Shown: one piece after another, positions 36,558-44,887 of the stretch
Layout: each line of letters starts with the position of its first letter
Numbering within the stretch: the first letter of the stretch is position 1
NCBI GenBank assembly: GCA_050633245.1
Contig: JBOEGD010000041.1
Location: forward strand, 1-50,911
Origin: Calditrichia bacterium
GTDB lineage: Bacteria; Calditrichota; Calditrichia; RBG-13-44-9; J075
Length of the DNA: 50,911 bases
Direction of reading: 5' to 3'
The notes under the pieces: generated by a model
Told to the model about the DNA's origin: nothing
Database searches by the model: none
Seen by the model: only the letters and a program-made list of their open reading frames with translations
Position numbers and translations under genes: made by a program

Positions 36558-39500
36558 CTAGAACTTCAGCTGAAGTCCAGCCCGAATAATACGCGGAATA
36601 CCATAGTTTTCCGGGTCCTGCTCGAAAGCGGCATAATCGCTGCGGAAAAGTTCTCCACCATCATTATTTGCCTGCGCACTGGTAGCAATCTGCTGCTGTC
36701 CGGTTGCGGTTCGCAGCCATCCGGTATCATCCGGGGCTCCGGTAGACTCATATACGGAGTTGAAGTTCGCGCGATCCAACAGGTTCTGAACGAACACGTA
36801 AGGAACAAGCGTCATACTACCAATATTGATACGCTTATCTAAACGCATATCAATACGGAATACGCCTTCTGCATAAGCAGAGTTAATCGTATTAACTGTC
36901 TGCGAGTTGGTTAATGAACCACCACCCAGCAGATCGATTGCAACTTTCGGTGTATAAGGACGACCACTGTTAAACGTTAGCAGGAAGTTAGCTCCGGCAT
37001 TTGACAGAGGACTAAAACTGCCCATTTTCGGGCCTTCATCTTTTCCAGCACGAATATCGACATTAGCTGTCAATGAGTGGCGTTGATCGAAGTCCAGCGG
37101 AGCAATCGATTTCGGCACTTCATTGGCGTCGTTACGGAAAGTCGCGGTCTGGCTACTGCTCTGACTGGAACCCGTTCCCTCATTCAATGCCAGCGTATAG
37201 TCTACTTTGGCAGAGATCGGGCCAATGGCTCGCAGGTTCAGGCTAAGGGCAAGACCTTTAACGGTACCAAAGTCAGTATTGGCAGCAGTGATATACTTCT
37301 GATTAAAGTCTGCTGCTGCTGCATAGCGGGTATCTCTTGTGATCACATTCGTGAGACCTTTAACATTCTTATAGTAAGCGGTAAGATCTAAACTTGCTGT
37401 CTGACCAAACTGCTTCTTAAATCCAAACTCATACTGCACTGTTTCTTCAGACTGCAGGTGACCGTCATTCTGTCCCTGGCCATCAAATCCGGCTTCCAGG
37501 TCGGACAAATTTACCCATGAGTCATAAAGATCGAAAAATCGCGGCTGCTGGCGGAAAATACCATACTGCGCATGGAATACAGTCGTCGGTGAAACCGGGA
37601 AAGCAAAACCAAGCCGCGGGCTGATATAGTTCTCAACCGGCATGTCTTCAAAGTCATCAGTACTTAAAAGACCGTCGGTTCCAAGAGCATTGTCGCGATT
37701 AGCGAAGCGCTTGCCGTCCGGATCGAAAGAGTCGAAACGCAGACCGAGATTCAGGATGAAATCCTGAAATTCAATACGATCTTGCATATAGAAAGAAACC
37801 GTCAGCGGCTTTGGTGCAGCAGCCTCTTCAATCCGATCTTCATTAATCGTGCCAGCATCAACGGTGCGGAATTGCGTGGTATTGACTTCATTTCCAAAGA
37901 TATCATAGCCGTAAAAGGAACCGGATGATGCCGCCAGAACAAAGGATTCTTCATTATTTGCTCCGTTAGCCAGGGCAACCGGTGCAATACTGTAATAACG
38001 AACCGTGTTCTGCTCGATGCTTCCACCAAACTCAATAAAGTGTGTAGAAAGCTGCTTGGTAAAGTTCAAGTCCCCACCATAAGTGCGAACATCATATTTG
38101 CGGTGGTTATTGGAAACGCGACCAAACGGGTAAAAAACCGGTTCTTGCGCGGTACGAGCAATACGGTTACCGTCGCCACCAGGTAGAATGGCTCCGACTT
38201 CGGCATTACGAGCTGCATTACCATAGGCGAACAGATCATCATCCCAGAAACCATCATAGCGTTTATTCTTTAGAGATTTTGCGCGAAAGGTAACGTCGTA
38301 GAATGTAGTATTGTTAATTGTATGCGTCAACTTCAAGGACGTACCAATTACATCTTCATATACGTTCAGGTTGTGAAACGAATTGTTCTTCGCATAAGAG
38401 TGGATGTAATCGCGACCATCGCGAAACGACGCATTACCGCTGGCGGTAATTTTAAATGCCGTTCCGATATAAGAATCGATCTTTCCGGTAAAGCGCATAA
38501 CGCGTCCTTCATTATCCGGCAACCAATCCTGATCGATACCGGCGGTAGGAATGCTCAATCCACTTGCACGCGGATTATCATCCAGTGCATTGATATATTC
38601 ACCGGACAGGAAGAAGGTGAGATTCTTTTTGCCGGGAATCAGCGGTCCACCGAGATAACCGGTAAGCTGCTTATAACCAAAGGCATCCAGGCCAACATAA
38701 TCATCACTAAAGCTACCTTTATCCAGCTGAGCCTCGAAAGCAGTGCGTTGCTCAGGCGTCAGGTTTGCCGTAGCAGCAACATTATCAAATCGCGTATTGT
38801 CCCCGCCAAAACCGGAGCTAACACCTTCGATTCCACCAAAGTATTTGGAAGAACCACTCTTTGTTGTAATGTTTACCACAGCGGACTGTGCGCTACCATA
38901 CTTGGCGCTAAATCCACCAAGCTGCGAGGAAACCTGTTCTACAGCAGCATCCGGAATCGTACCGGCAGCATTTCCAAACAGGGCATCATTGTAAACAATA
39001 CCGTCTACAATAAACAGCGTTTCATTGCCACGACCACCGCGCACGTTCAACGTGGCGTTGTCCGTTTGACCACCACTACCGTCGGCACTAACAACACCGG
39101 CGTTAATCGAAACGATTGAGTTTACCCCTTTAACCGGGATACGCTCGATCTCTTCCGAGTCCAGAACACGCACTGTATTTGTAGCAGCCTGCTCAAAAAA
39201 TGGCTTGTCTACGGTAACAGTAACAGATGTTCCGAGATCCAAAGTGGTTGTTCCAAGTTCTACTTCAAGTCGCTTTGTCAAGTCCGTAACAACACGAACA
39301 CCTTCAATATCGGTAGACTGATAACCAACATAGCTAAAGGACACGGTATGGGTGCCCGGCGGAACGTTAAGAATAATAAACGTTCCATCTACATCGGTTG
39401 AAGCTCCAAGAAGTGATTCTTTAATCACTACATTCACCCCGGGTAGTGCTTCGCCAGAGTCTTTATCGCGCACGATTCCACTGATCTTACCAGTGGACTG

Positions 39501-39560
39501 CGCCATAAGACCGGCTACAAAACCCAGAAGGAAGAGTATCGTAATAACTCTCTTAAACAT
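36558..39560 (-). CDS. large TonB-dependent receptor-like outer-membrane protein with N-terminal carboxypeptidase-regulatory-like domain
   Basis: TGKISG.V.D..SGEALPGVNV, SYVGY, NVRGGR.NE, GGFSAKYG...SAVVNITTKSG, SPRLGFAFP, YYKN, SGRPYTP, NLLD, terminal LQLKF; GGAGG RBS. Confidence 0.9.
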   Translation of the reverse strand: MFKRVITILFLLGFVAGLMAQSTGKISGIVRDKDSGEALPGVNVVIKESLLGASTDVDGTFIILNVPPGTHTVSFSYVGYQSTDIEGVRVVTDLTKRLEVELGTTTLDLGTSVTVTVDKPFFEQAATNTVRVLDSEEIERIPVKGVNSIVSINAGVVSADGSGGQTDNATLNVRGGRGNETLFIVDGIVYNDALFGNAAGTIPDAAVEQVSSQLGGFSAKYGSAQSAVVNITTKSGSSKYFGGIEGVSSGFGGDNTRFDNVAATANLTPEQRTAFEAQLDKGSFSDDYVGLDAFGYKQLTGYLGGPLIPGKKNLTFFLSGEYINALDDNPRASGLSIPTAGIDQDWLPDNEGRVMRFTGKIDSYIGTAFKITASGNASFRDGRDYIHSYAKNNSFHNLNVYEDVIGTSLKLTHTINNTTFYDVTFRAKSLKNKRYDGFWDDDLFAYGNAARNAEVGAILPGGDGNRIARTAQEPVFYPFGRVSNNHRKYDVRTYGGDLNFTKQLSTHFIEFGGSIEQNTVRYYSIAPVALANGANNEESFVLAASSGSFYGYDIFGNEVNTTQFRTVDAGTINEDRIEEAAAPKPLTVSFYMQDRIEFQDFILNLGLRFDSFDPDGKRFANRDNALGTDGLLSTDDFEDMPVENYISPRLGFAFPVSPTTVFHAQYGIFRQQPRFFDLYDSWVNLSDLEAGFDGQGQNDGHLQSEETVQYEFGFKKQFGQTASLDLTAYYKNVKGLTNVITRDTRYAAAADFNQKYITAANTDFGTVKGLALSLNLRAIGPISAKVDYTLALNEGTGSSQSSSQTATFRNDANEVPKSIAPLDFDQRHSLTANVDIRAGKDEGPKMGSFSPLSNAGANFLLTFNSGRPYTPKVAIDLLGGGSLTNSQTVNTINSAYAEGVFRIDMRLDKRINIGSMTLVPYVFVQNLLDRANFNSVYESTGAPDDTGWLRTATGQQQIATSAQANNDGGELFRSDYAAFEQDPENYGIPRIIRAGLQLKF

Positions 39561-39798
39561 ATCTCCTCCATGCATCAGGAATTAAACGTAACTGGTTTAC
39601 TGAATTACTTGATCTATATAAACAACTATTATTGTCGTAGTTTGAAGGGATGTGTGTGCTGTAGAAGTCGTATGCTGTTTGCTGTCATAATCTGCCGGAT
39701 TCGTGCACCCCATTCGTGCTGCAAGTAACGCTTTTCCTTCAAAACCTGTTCAACTGCAATATGGCAAAACAGACAATAGCCCTGTGTCTCTTGAAGAA

Positions 39799-39833
39799 CT
39801 TTAACAGGTCTGCGGGCAGCAGACCTGTTAAAG
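39799..39833 (-). terminator. 15-bp hairpin between the first CTD gene and the TBDR gene (terminator or mRNA stabiliser)
   Basis: CTTTAACAGGTCTGC-gggca-GCAGACCTGTTAAAG; weak U-tract (TTCTT) on the minus strand. Confidence 0.65.
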
Positions 39834-39849
39834 GAACAAATATTAAAAC

Positions 39850-41670
39850 TTACTTCATCAGAATCATCTTCTGAGTCAGGTTCACATTCTGAGAGGCCAA
39901 ACGGTAGAAATAAACACCGGATGCCAGATCGGAAGCGTCGAAATTGATAGAGTAAGTGCCAGCATTCTGACGTCCATTTACCAAAGTAGCAACCTTCTGA
40001 CCAGCCAAGTTGTAAACTGTAACCGTGATATCAGCAGACTTATCAAGCGAATACTCGATCGTTGTAGACGGGTTGAACGGATTCGGATAGTTCTGAGCAA
40101 GCTTGAAGTCACCAATTACAGCAGTAGACTGATCTTCAATTCCCAAAATGATATCGGACAATGCAATACCTACGTTCTCATAGTACCAAACACCTTCGGA
40201 AGGACCGTTGTTGTCAGCAAATAGAGAAACGCCTGGATCGGGATCCATGAAATAAATCATGTCCATATTTACCGAGTCAGCAGATATATCAAATGTCGGC
40301 GTCAGGTTAGGGAATACATCGGACTCACCAGGAGTTCCTGCAACAAAGAAAGGAGCGGACCAGCTAAGGCCACCATCAGGAGAATATGCACCCCAGATGT
40401 CTGTCATAAACTTCTCGGCACCTGCGGAACCAACAACAGTAACAAGACCACCGCTACCATTATCTTCCCACTGCTGCCAAATACAAAGTAGCTCGCCATT
40501 AGGCCCTTCGGAAAGCTGAGGATAAGCGTTACCAAGACCATTACCAGGACGAAGGTCAGCAAGACCATTCTGGGCAGTGGTATCTGCAGGACGACCAGCT
40601 TCTACAGAAGTAAGCTCTTTGAAAACACCTTCGTCTTTGCTCCAGTAAACAATCGGGAACAGTGCGATTCGGCTTACATCCATGGTGTCTACACCCTGAA
40701 CAGCACCATATACAATGTGATAGTTACCGTCTGAAGTGTACTGGCTGTTCAACTGACCAAAGTTGTCAATAATATAGAAAGCATCGCCAGTAGCAATGTC
40801 TTCATTCTGAACTTCGGTTGCAGCCCATGTTGCGCCACCATCAGTAGTGCTCTGCCACCAAACAGCACCGTTCGGACCAGTAGCTGTAATGTCTGGTGTA
40901 TGAACATATGCCAGTGACTGACCGGAAGCGTCTAAAGGATCAAAAGTCGGCCACAATTCTGACTGACCATAATCGGTAGTCAATGGGTCAGCAGCGCCAA
41001 TCGAGTTTGCCGTCCAGGTAGCCATGTAGTCATTGGAGATCATGAAAGAAGAGTCTGCTATAGGAATCCAATCACCATTCGACTGATTTGTAAATGATAC
41101 ATTATCGCCCTGCCGTGCAATACCTGGAAAAACAGCACCAGCGCTAGCACCGACAGTTAACACATTGGCAAAGAAGTAGTTTGCTTCGCCAACATCTTGC
41201 CACAGGCGGTTACCACCACCATGATGAGAAACAATAGCTTCGTCATTCTTACCGTTTAGAACACGGCCCCAACCGGTACGTGCGTCTTCAGTAATAGACT
41301 GATTTCCGAAAAGGAAGTTCGTACCAATGTCGTAGTAATCATACGTTACAAAACGCTCACTGGCGCTTGTCGGAAAGATCTTCATAAATGCAAAGTGAAT
41401 ACCATCAGTTCCGGCATTGTTCGCTTTATCAAGCATACGGCCCATGATGTTATTGGTCGCATAATCATAAAATGTACGACCAAGCTCAATACGAGCTTTG
41501 GAGAAATTAACTGGCGCTACCGGATAGTCTGCATTGGCATCAAGCTTCTTTACCCACTCTGCTTCCACTTCCGGAGTAACTTTCTGCACTTTGGCTTCTT
41601 CACGAGCAAACAATGTCGCGGAAAAACCAAAGAGAACAACTAACAAAATTGTAGAGATCTTCTTAAACAT
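39850..41670 (-). CDS. secreted Asp-box (BNR) beta-propeller-like protein with T9SS type-A-like CTD
   Basis: Signal peptide; STTDGGATW and YSPDGGLSWS Asp-boxes; LAQNYPNPFNPST...SGVYFYRL...KMILMK; AGGAG RBS before ATG 41670. Confidence 0.85.
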   Translation of the reverse strand: MFKKISTILLVVLFGFSATLFAREEAKVQKVTPEVEAEWVKKLDANADYPVAPVNFSKARIELGRTFYDYATNNIMGRMLDKANNAGTDGIHFAFMKIFPTSASERFVTYDYYDIGTNFLFGNQSITEDARTGWGRVLNGKNDEAIVSHHGGGNRLWQDVGEANYFFANVLTVGASAGAVFPGIARQGDNVSFTNQSNGDWIPIADSSFMISNDYMATWTANSIGAADPLTTDYGQSELWPTFDPLDASGQSLAYVHTPDITATGPNGAVWWQSTTDGGATWAATEVQNEDIATGDAFYIIDNFGQLNSQYTSDGNYHIVYGAVQGVDTMDVSRIALFPIVYWSKDEGVFKELTSVEAGRPADTTAQNGLADLRPGNGLGNAYPQLSEGPNGELLCIWQQWEDNGSGGLVTVVGSAGAEKFMTDIWGAYSPDGGLSWSAPFFVAGTPGESDVFPNLTPTFDISADSVNMDMIYFMDPDPGVSLFADNNGPSEGVWYYENVGIALSDIILGIEDQSTAVIGDFKLAQNYPNPFNPSTTIEYSLDKSADITVTVYNLAGQKVATLVNGRQNAGTYSINFDASDLASGVYFYRLASQNVNLTQKMILMK

Positions 41671-41862
41671 ACACATCTCCTGAGCTAAATGTGATTTGAG
41701 ATAAATAAGTAATTAGGGTGGAGCAAATCTTCTGCGAATAAATTCGCGTCTTATTAACTCCGATGGCTTTTGCTGTTCATTAAAAAAGCATCATTTTCTA
41801 AGTAAACAGCGATTTTAAAGGATAAGCACTCCTTGTTATACATCCGTTGGCAATATCTATTA

Positions 41863-41923
41863 AACAACTTCTATACCAAAAATAAGTAAAAACTGACTAA
41901 AATCGTTTAGAATCAAATACTTG
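41863..41923 (-). promoter_or_regulatory. putative sigma54 promoter with upstream IHF site
   Basis: Minus strand TTGGTATAGAAGTTGTT (GG-N10-GT, a variant of GG-N10-GC); AATCAAATACTTG (41911-41923) matches the IHF consensus WATCAANNNNTTR exactly. Confidence 0.45.
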
Positions 41924-42312
41924 AAGCACAACTTCTGTGATGTTCATCAACTTGGGGCCTCATTAAACTACCGCCTAAAGTAGGAAAAACTTTTCCGTAA
42001 CAAACAAAGAAATTTGCACGCAACAACGTTCAAACGTGTTAAATACAGAGCATTAGCACATTAGCGAAATAGCATCTCAACCGGAAGAATTTGTATATAG
42101 TGAAGTACGTTGTATTTTGAAAAAAGGCAGGTAGTAGCATCCTTCCATCCAGTCTCCTCAATGATGGTTGAACGTATGCGGTGTTACATCTAAGCATCTA
42201 TAGCTTAAAGACTTGGTTAAATAAGGCTTACTATTATAACTGGTTCGCATAAAAGATGCAAGATAATTTGTGTAATTTTCGTCACATTTGAGGGAGGTAG
42301 TTAAAACGCGTA

Positions 42313-42600
42313 TTAAACCGGCTGGGAAGCCTCTGGTATGTTTTTTTTAGGACTGTCTTCCTTTAAAAGAGCAAGTTCGCGATAAACCAACGCTATTCGC
42401 CTGTCAAGCGTGTGTTTGCGATTCACAAAAAGAACCCGGCTTTCATCTTCCATCACGCAAATGCCTCCGTGGAAATTTCCCTTCTCTACCCTGGTTTCAA
42501 TTCCGAAGGTTGCCACTTCATTGCACAGCTCATCAAACAGCTTCAGGTCTTCCGGGTTCTCTTGCGGCTTCTGCTTTTTCTTTTTTTTATGTCGCTTCAT
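42313..42600 (-). CDS. small hypothetical protein resembling the N-terminal half of ImmA/IrrE-like zincins, lacking HExxH
   Basis: GIETRVEKGNFHGGIC...VLFVNRK....RRIALVYRELA pattern; basic N-terminus. Confidence 0.65.
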   Translation of the reverse strand: MKRHKKKKKQKPQENPEDLKLFDELCNEVATFGIETRVEKGNFHGGICVMEDESRVLFVNRKHTLDRRIALVYRELALLKEDSPKKNIPEASQPV

Positions 42601-42611
42601 GAGTTCGGAAC

Positions 42612-42674
42612 TATGAATTATGAATTATGAATTATGAATTATGAATTATGAATTATGAATTATGAATTATGAAT
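42612..42674. repeat. heptamer tandem repeat (TATGAAT)x9
   Basis: 63 bp, nine perfect copies. Confidence 0.98.
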
Positions 42675-42685
42675 CTAAGATAATA

Positions 42686-42762
42686 GCAATAAGGCAAGAA
42701 GGCAATAAGGCAATAAGGCAATAAGGCAATAAGGCAATAAGGCAATAAGGCAATAAGGCAAT
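42686..42762. repeat. octamer tandem repeat (GCAATAAG)x9.6
   Basis: Nine full copies (the second is GCAAGAAG) plus GCAAT. Confidence 0.97.
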
Positions 42763-42793
42763 GTATCGGAGTGAGAAATCAGCTCCGATACAT
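42761..42793. other. hairpin immediately after the manC stop
   Basis: ATGTATCGGAG-TGA-gaaa-TCA-g-CTCCGATACAT. Confidence 0.6.
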
Positions 42794-42802
42794 CAACATA
42801 TT

Positions 42803-43882
42803 TTAGAGCAGGTCGTCCAAACCTTTTTTCTTTAAGGCTTCAACAGCTTCCTTCACATCCTGAGACGCATCACGATGTCCGATAAGCAGCGCATCGCCGG
42901 TATCAACGACAATCAAATCTTCAACTCCAACAAAAGAGACAACTTTGTCTGGAGAATAAGCATAATTACGCGCTGAGTTAACGCTTATTATATCGCGATA
43001 CTCGCCAGTATTGCCATCATTATCCTTGGGAGATATTTCAAAAACCGTTTCCCAGCTCCCCACATCATTCCAACCCATATCTGTCGGAATAACATACACT
43101 TCCTCTGCCTCCTGCATAACGCCATAATCTATGGAAATGCCGCGGATCTGACGATACATAGCTTCGAGACGCTCGGGGTATTCAGGACTATCCAAATACG
43201 CTTCCAGTGCTATTAGTGGCTCATAGATATCAGGCAACTTCTCGCGAATTTCCTTTAGAATTGTTGATGCCCGCCAAATGAACATGCCGCTATTCCAGAA
43301 GAAATCACCACTTTCCAGAAAACGCTTGGCCGTATCGAGATTGGGTTTTTCTGCAAAGGACTTTACGCGACATACATTGCGCCCATCCTGGCTGTGCACA
43401 ACGTCTCCGGATTGAATGTAGCCGTAACCGGTTGCCGGTTCATTCGGCGTAATGCCCAACGTAATCAACCCACCATTTTCCCGGGCAAACTCACATGCCA
43501 AACCAACGACACGCTGGAACTCCTCAACATTGGAAATCAGGTGATCGGCAGGCATTACGACCATTATTCCATCCGGGTCAGCAGCGTGAACGTGCAGTGC
43601 GGCAAGTCCGATACATGGTGCAGTATTGCGGCCAAACGGCTCTAAGACAAAACTCGAATCCGTTAGCATGGAAAGCTGTTCGTGAATCAGCGGCTTCTGC
43701 TCATGATTCGTTACAATAAGAATTTTTGAATCATCAACCAAACCTTTAAGACGCTGGTGCGTGGCCTGTATCATGGTATTTTCATTGGCAATATTCAATA
43801 CCTGCTTGGGAGAAGTTTTGCGGCTTCTTGGCCAGAATCGGGTGCCCACACCACCCGCCATTAGCGTTGCGTAGATGCTCAT
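42803..43882 (-). CDS. manC: mannose-1-phosphate guanylyltransferase (no PMI domain)
   Basis: MAGGVGTRFWPRSR..PKQ, EPFGRNTAP, PADH, TGYGYI, FAEKP, WNSGMF, SIDYGVM, WNDVGSW. Confidence 0.95.
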   Translation of the reverse strand: MSIYATLMAGGVGTRFWPRSRKTSPKQVLNIANENTMIQATHQRLKGLVDDSKILIVTNHEQKPLIHEQLSMLTDSSFVLEPFGRNTAPCIGLAALHVHAADPDGIMVVMPADHLISNVEEFQRVVGLACEFARENGGLITLGITPNEPATGYGYIQSGDVVHSQDGRNVCRVKSFAEKPNLDTAKRFLESGDFFWNSGMFIWRASTILKEIREKLPDIYEPLIALEAYLDSPEYPERLEAMYRQIRGISIDYGVMQEAEEVYVIPTDMGWNDVGSWETVFEISPKDNDGNTGEYRDIISVNSARNYAYSPDKVVSFVGVEDLIVVDTGDALLIGHRDASQDVKEAVEALKKKGLDDLL

Positions 43883-44060
43883 GAGTTGTTTCCTTATTCG
43901 TCAGATGAATTTTCGTATCCCGAGAAACGTGTGTTTATCGAGCTGGCGCCAGTATAAATTTGCGACAAGAATATCGAGAACTTGAGATGCTGCATAATAA
44001 CACCACCCGAAAGATGCAGCAGTGACCAATGCCAAAAGCAGCCAGGTTATTCACAGAATT

Positions 44061-44879
44061 CTAGCTACACATATCGGCGGGAAGATCCATTCTTCCTTCA
44101 AAGACAAATGCAACCGGCCCAACCAGATCGCACCCCGGTTCAGCAGCATGAATTTGTAGCTCACCTCCGGGTGGCAAAACATTTAACGGCAGCGCAACTC
44201 CCTGCTGCTGATAATAGAAGGAAGCTGCCACAGCCCCGGTGCCGCAAGCACGCGTTTCTTCCTCTACACCACGCTCATAGGTTCGAATCAGCACGTTGCC
44301 CGATGGCGCAAGCTGTACAAAATTGACATTGCAGCCGCGCGGGGCGAACGTTGAGTGATAGCGCAATTCTCTTCCAATGACAGCCACATCGATCTTCGCT
44401 AAATCACCTTCAACCTCTACAACCAGATGTGGTACACCGACCTCCAGCAAGAGCATTGCCCGCTGATTCGCTCGCAAAAGATGTTGAAGCTCGGTCGGTT
44501 GCTTCAATATCACAACCGACGGCATCCCGATTCGCACTTGCCCATCAACCTCGATGGTAGCAGCATATTCTTCGCTTAGAATAACGAAGCGCATCTTAGC
44601 GGGAGCCATCCCAAGTCGATGCGCCAATGCCGCAGCGCAACGCGCGCCATTACCGCACATTTCTCCTTCAGAGCCATCAGCGTTAAAATAGCACAATCGA
44701 AAATCGCAGCTATCATCTTCCAACAAAATCATCAAACCATCGGCTCCGACACCAGTACGGCGGTCGCATAGAAACTGCACCAAAGACGATATGTTTGAGG
44801 AGATATTCACGCTGCGGCCATCCAGCAGAATAAAATCGTTGCCTGCACCATGCATTTTATGAAAGTGTAGCTTTGACAT
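44061..44879 (-). CDS. dapF: diaminopimelate epimerase
   Basis: FHKMHGAGNDF, GVGADG, EMCGNG, GVPH, NVNF, RTYERGVE.ETRACGTG. Confidence 0.96.
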   Translation of the reverse strand: MSKLHFHKMHGAGNDFILLDGRSVNISSNISSLVQFLCDRRTGVGADGLMILLEDDSCDFRLCYFNADGSEGEMCGNGARCAAALAHRLGMAPAKMRFVILSEEYAATIEVDGQVRIGMPSVVILKQPTELQHLLRANQRAMLLLEVGVPHLVVEVEGDLAKIDVAVIGRELRYHSTFAPRGCNVNFVQLAPSGNVLIRTYERGVEEETRACGTGAVAASFYYQQQGVALPLNVLPPGGELQIHAAEPGCDLVGPVAFVFEGRMDLPADMCS

Positions 44880-44887
44880 TCGACTCC

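Noticed and set aside
39600-39800. SRP RNA, 6S RNA or a known riboswitch in this gap or at 12725-12873
   Set aside because: No SRP domain IV motif and no recognisable TPP, cobalamin, SAM or FMN consensus by eye; kept only as unknown structures.
8611-42245. Recurrent intergenic 9-mer TAACTGGTT (8614-8622 on the minus strand, 39589-39597, 42237-42245)
   Set aside because: Found post hoc in AT-rich DNA, with inconsistent orientation and distance to genes; three copies of some 9-mer are expected by chance.
42612-42762. CRISPR array
   Set aside because: Units are 7-8 bp head-to-tail with no spacers, and there are no cas genes.
43883-44060. Small ORF or RNA between dapF and manC (TGCTGCAT/ATGCAGCA stem)
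   Set aside because: Only an 8-bp stem and a ~39-codon GTG frame without RBS; most simply a terminator/promoter region.
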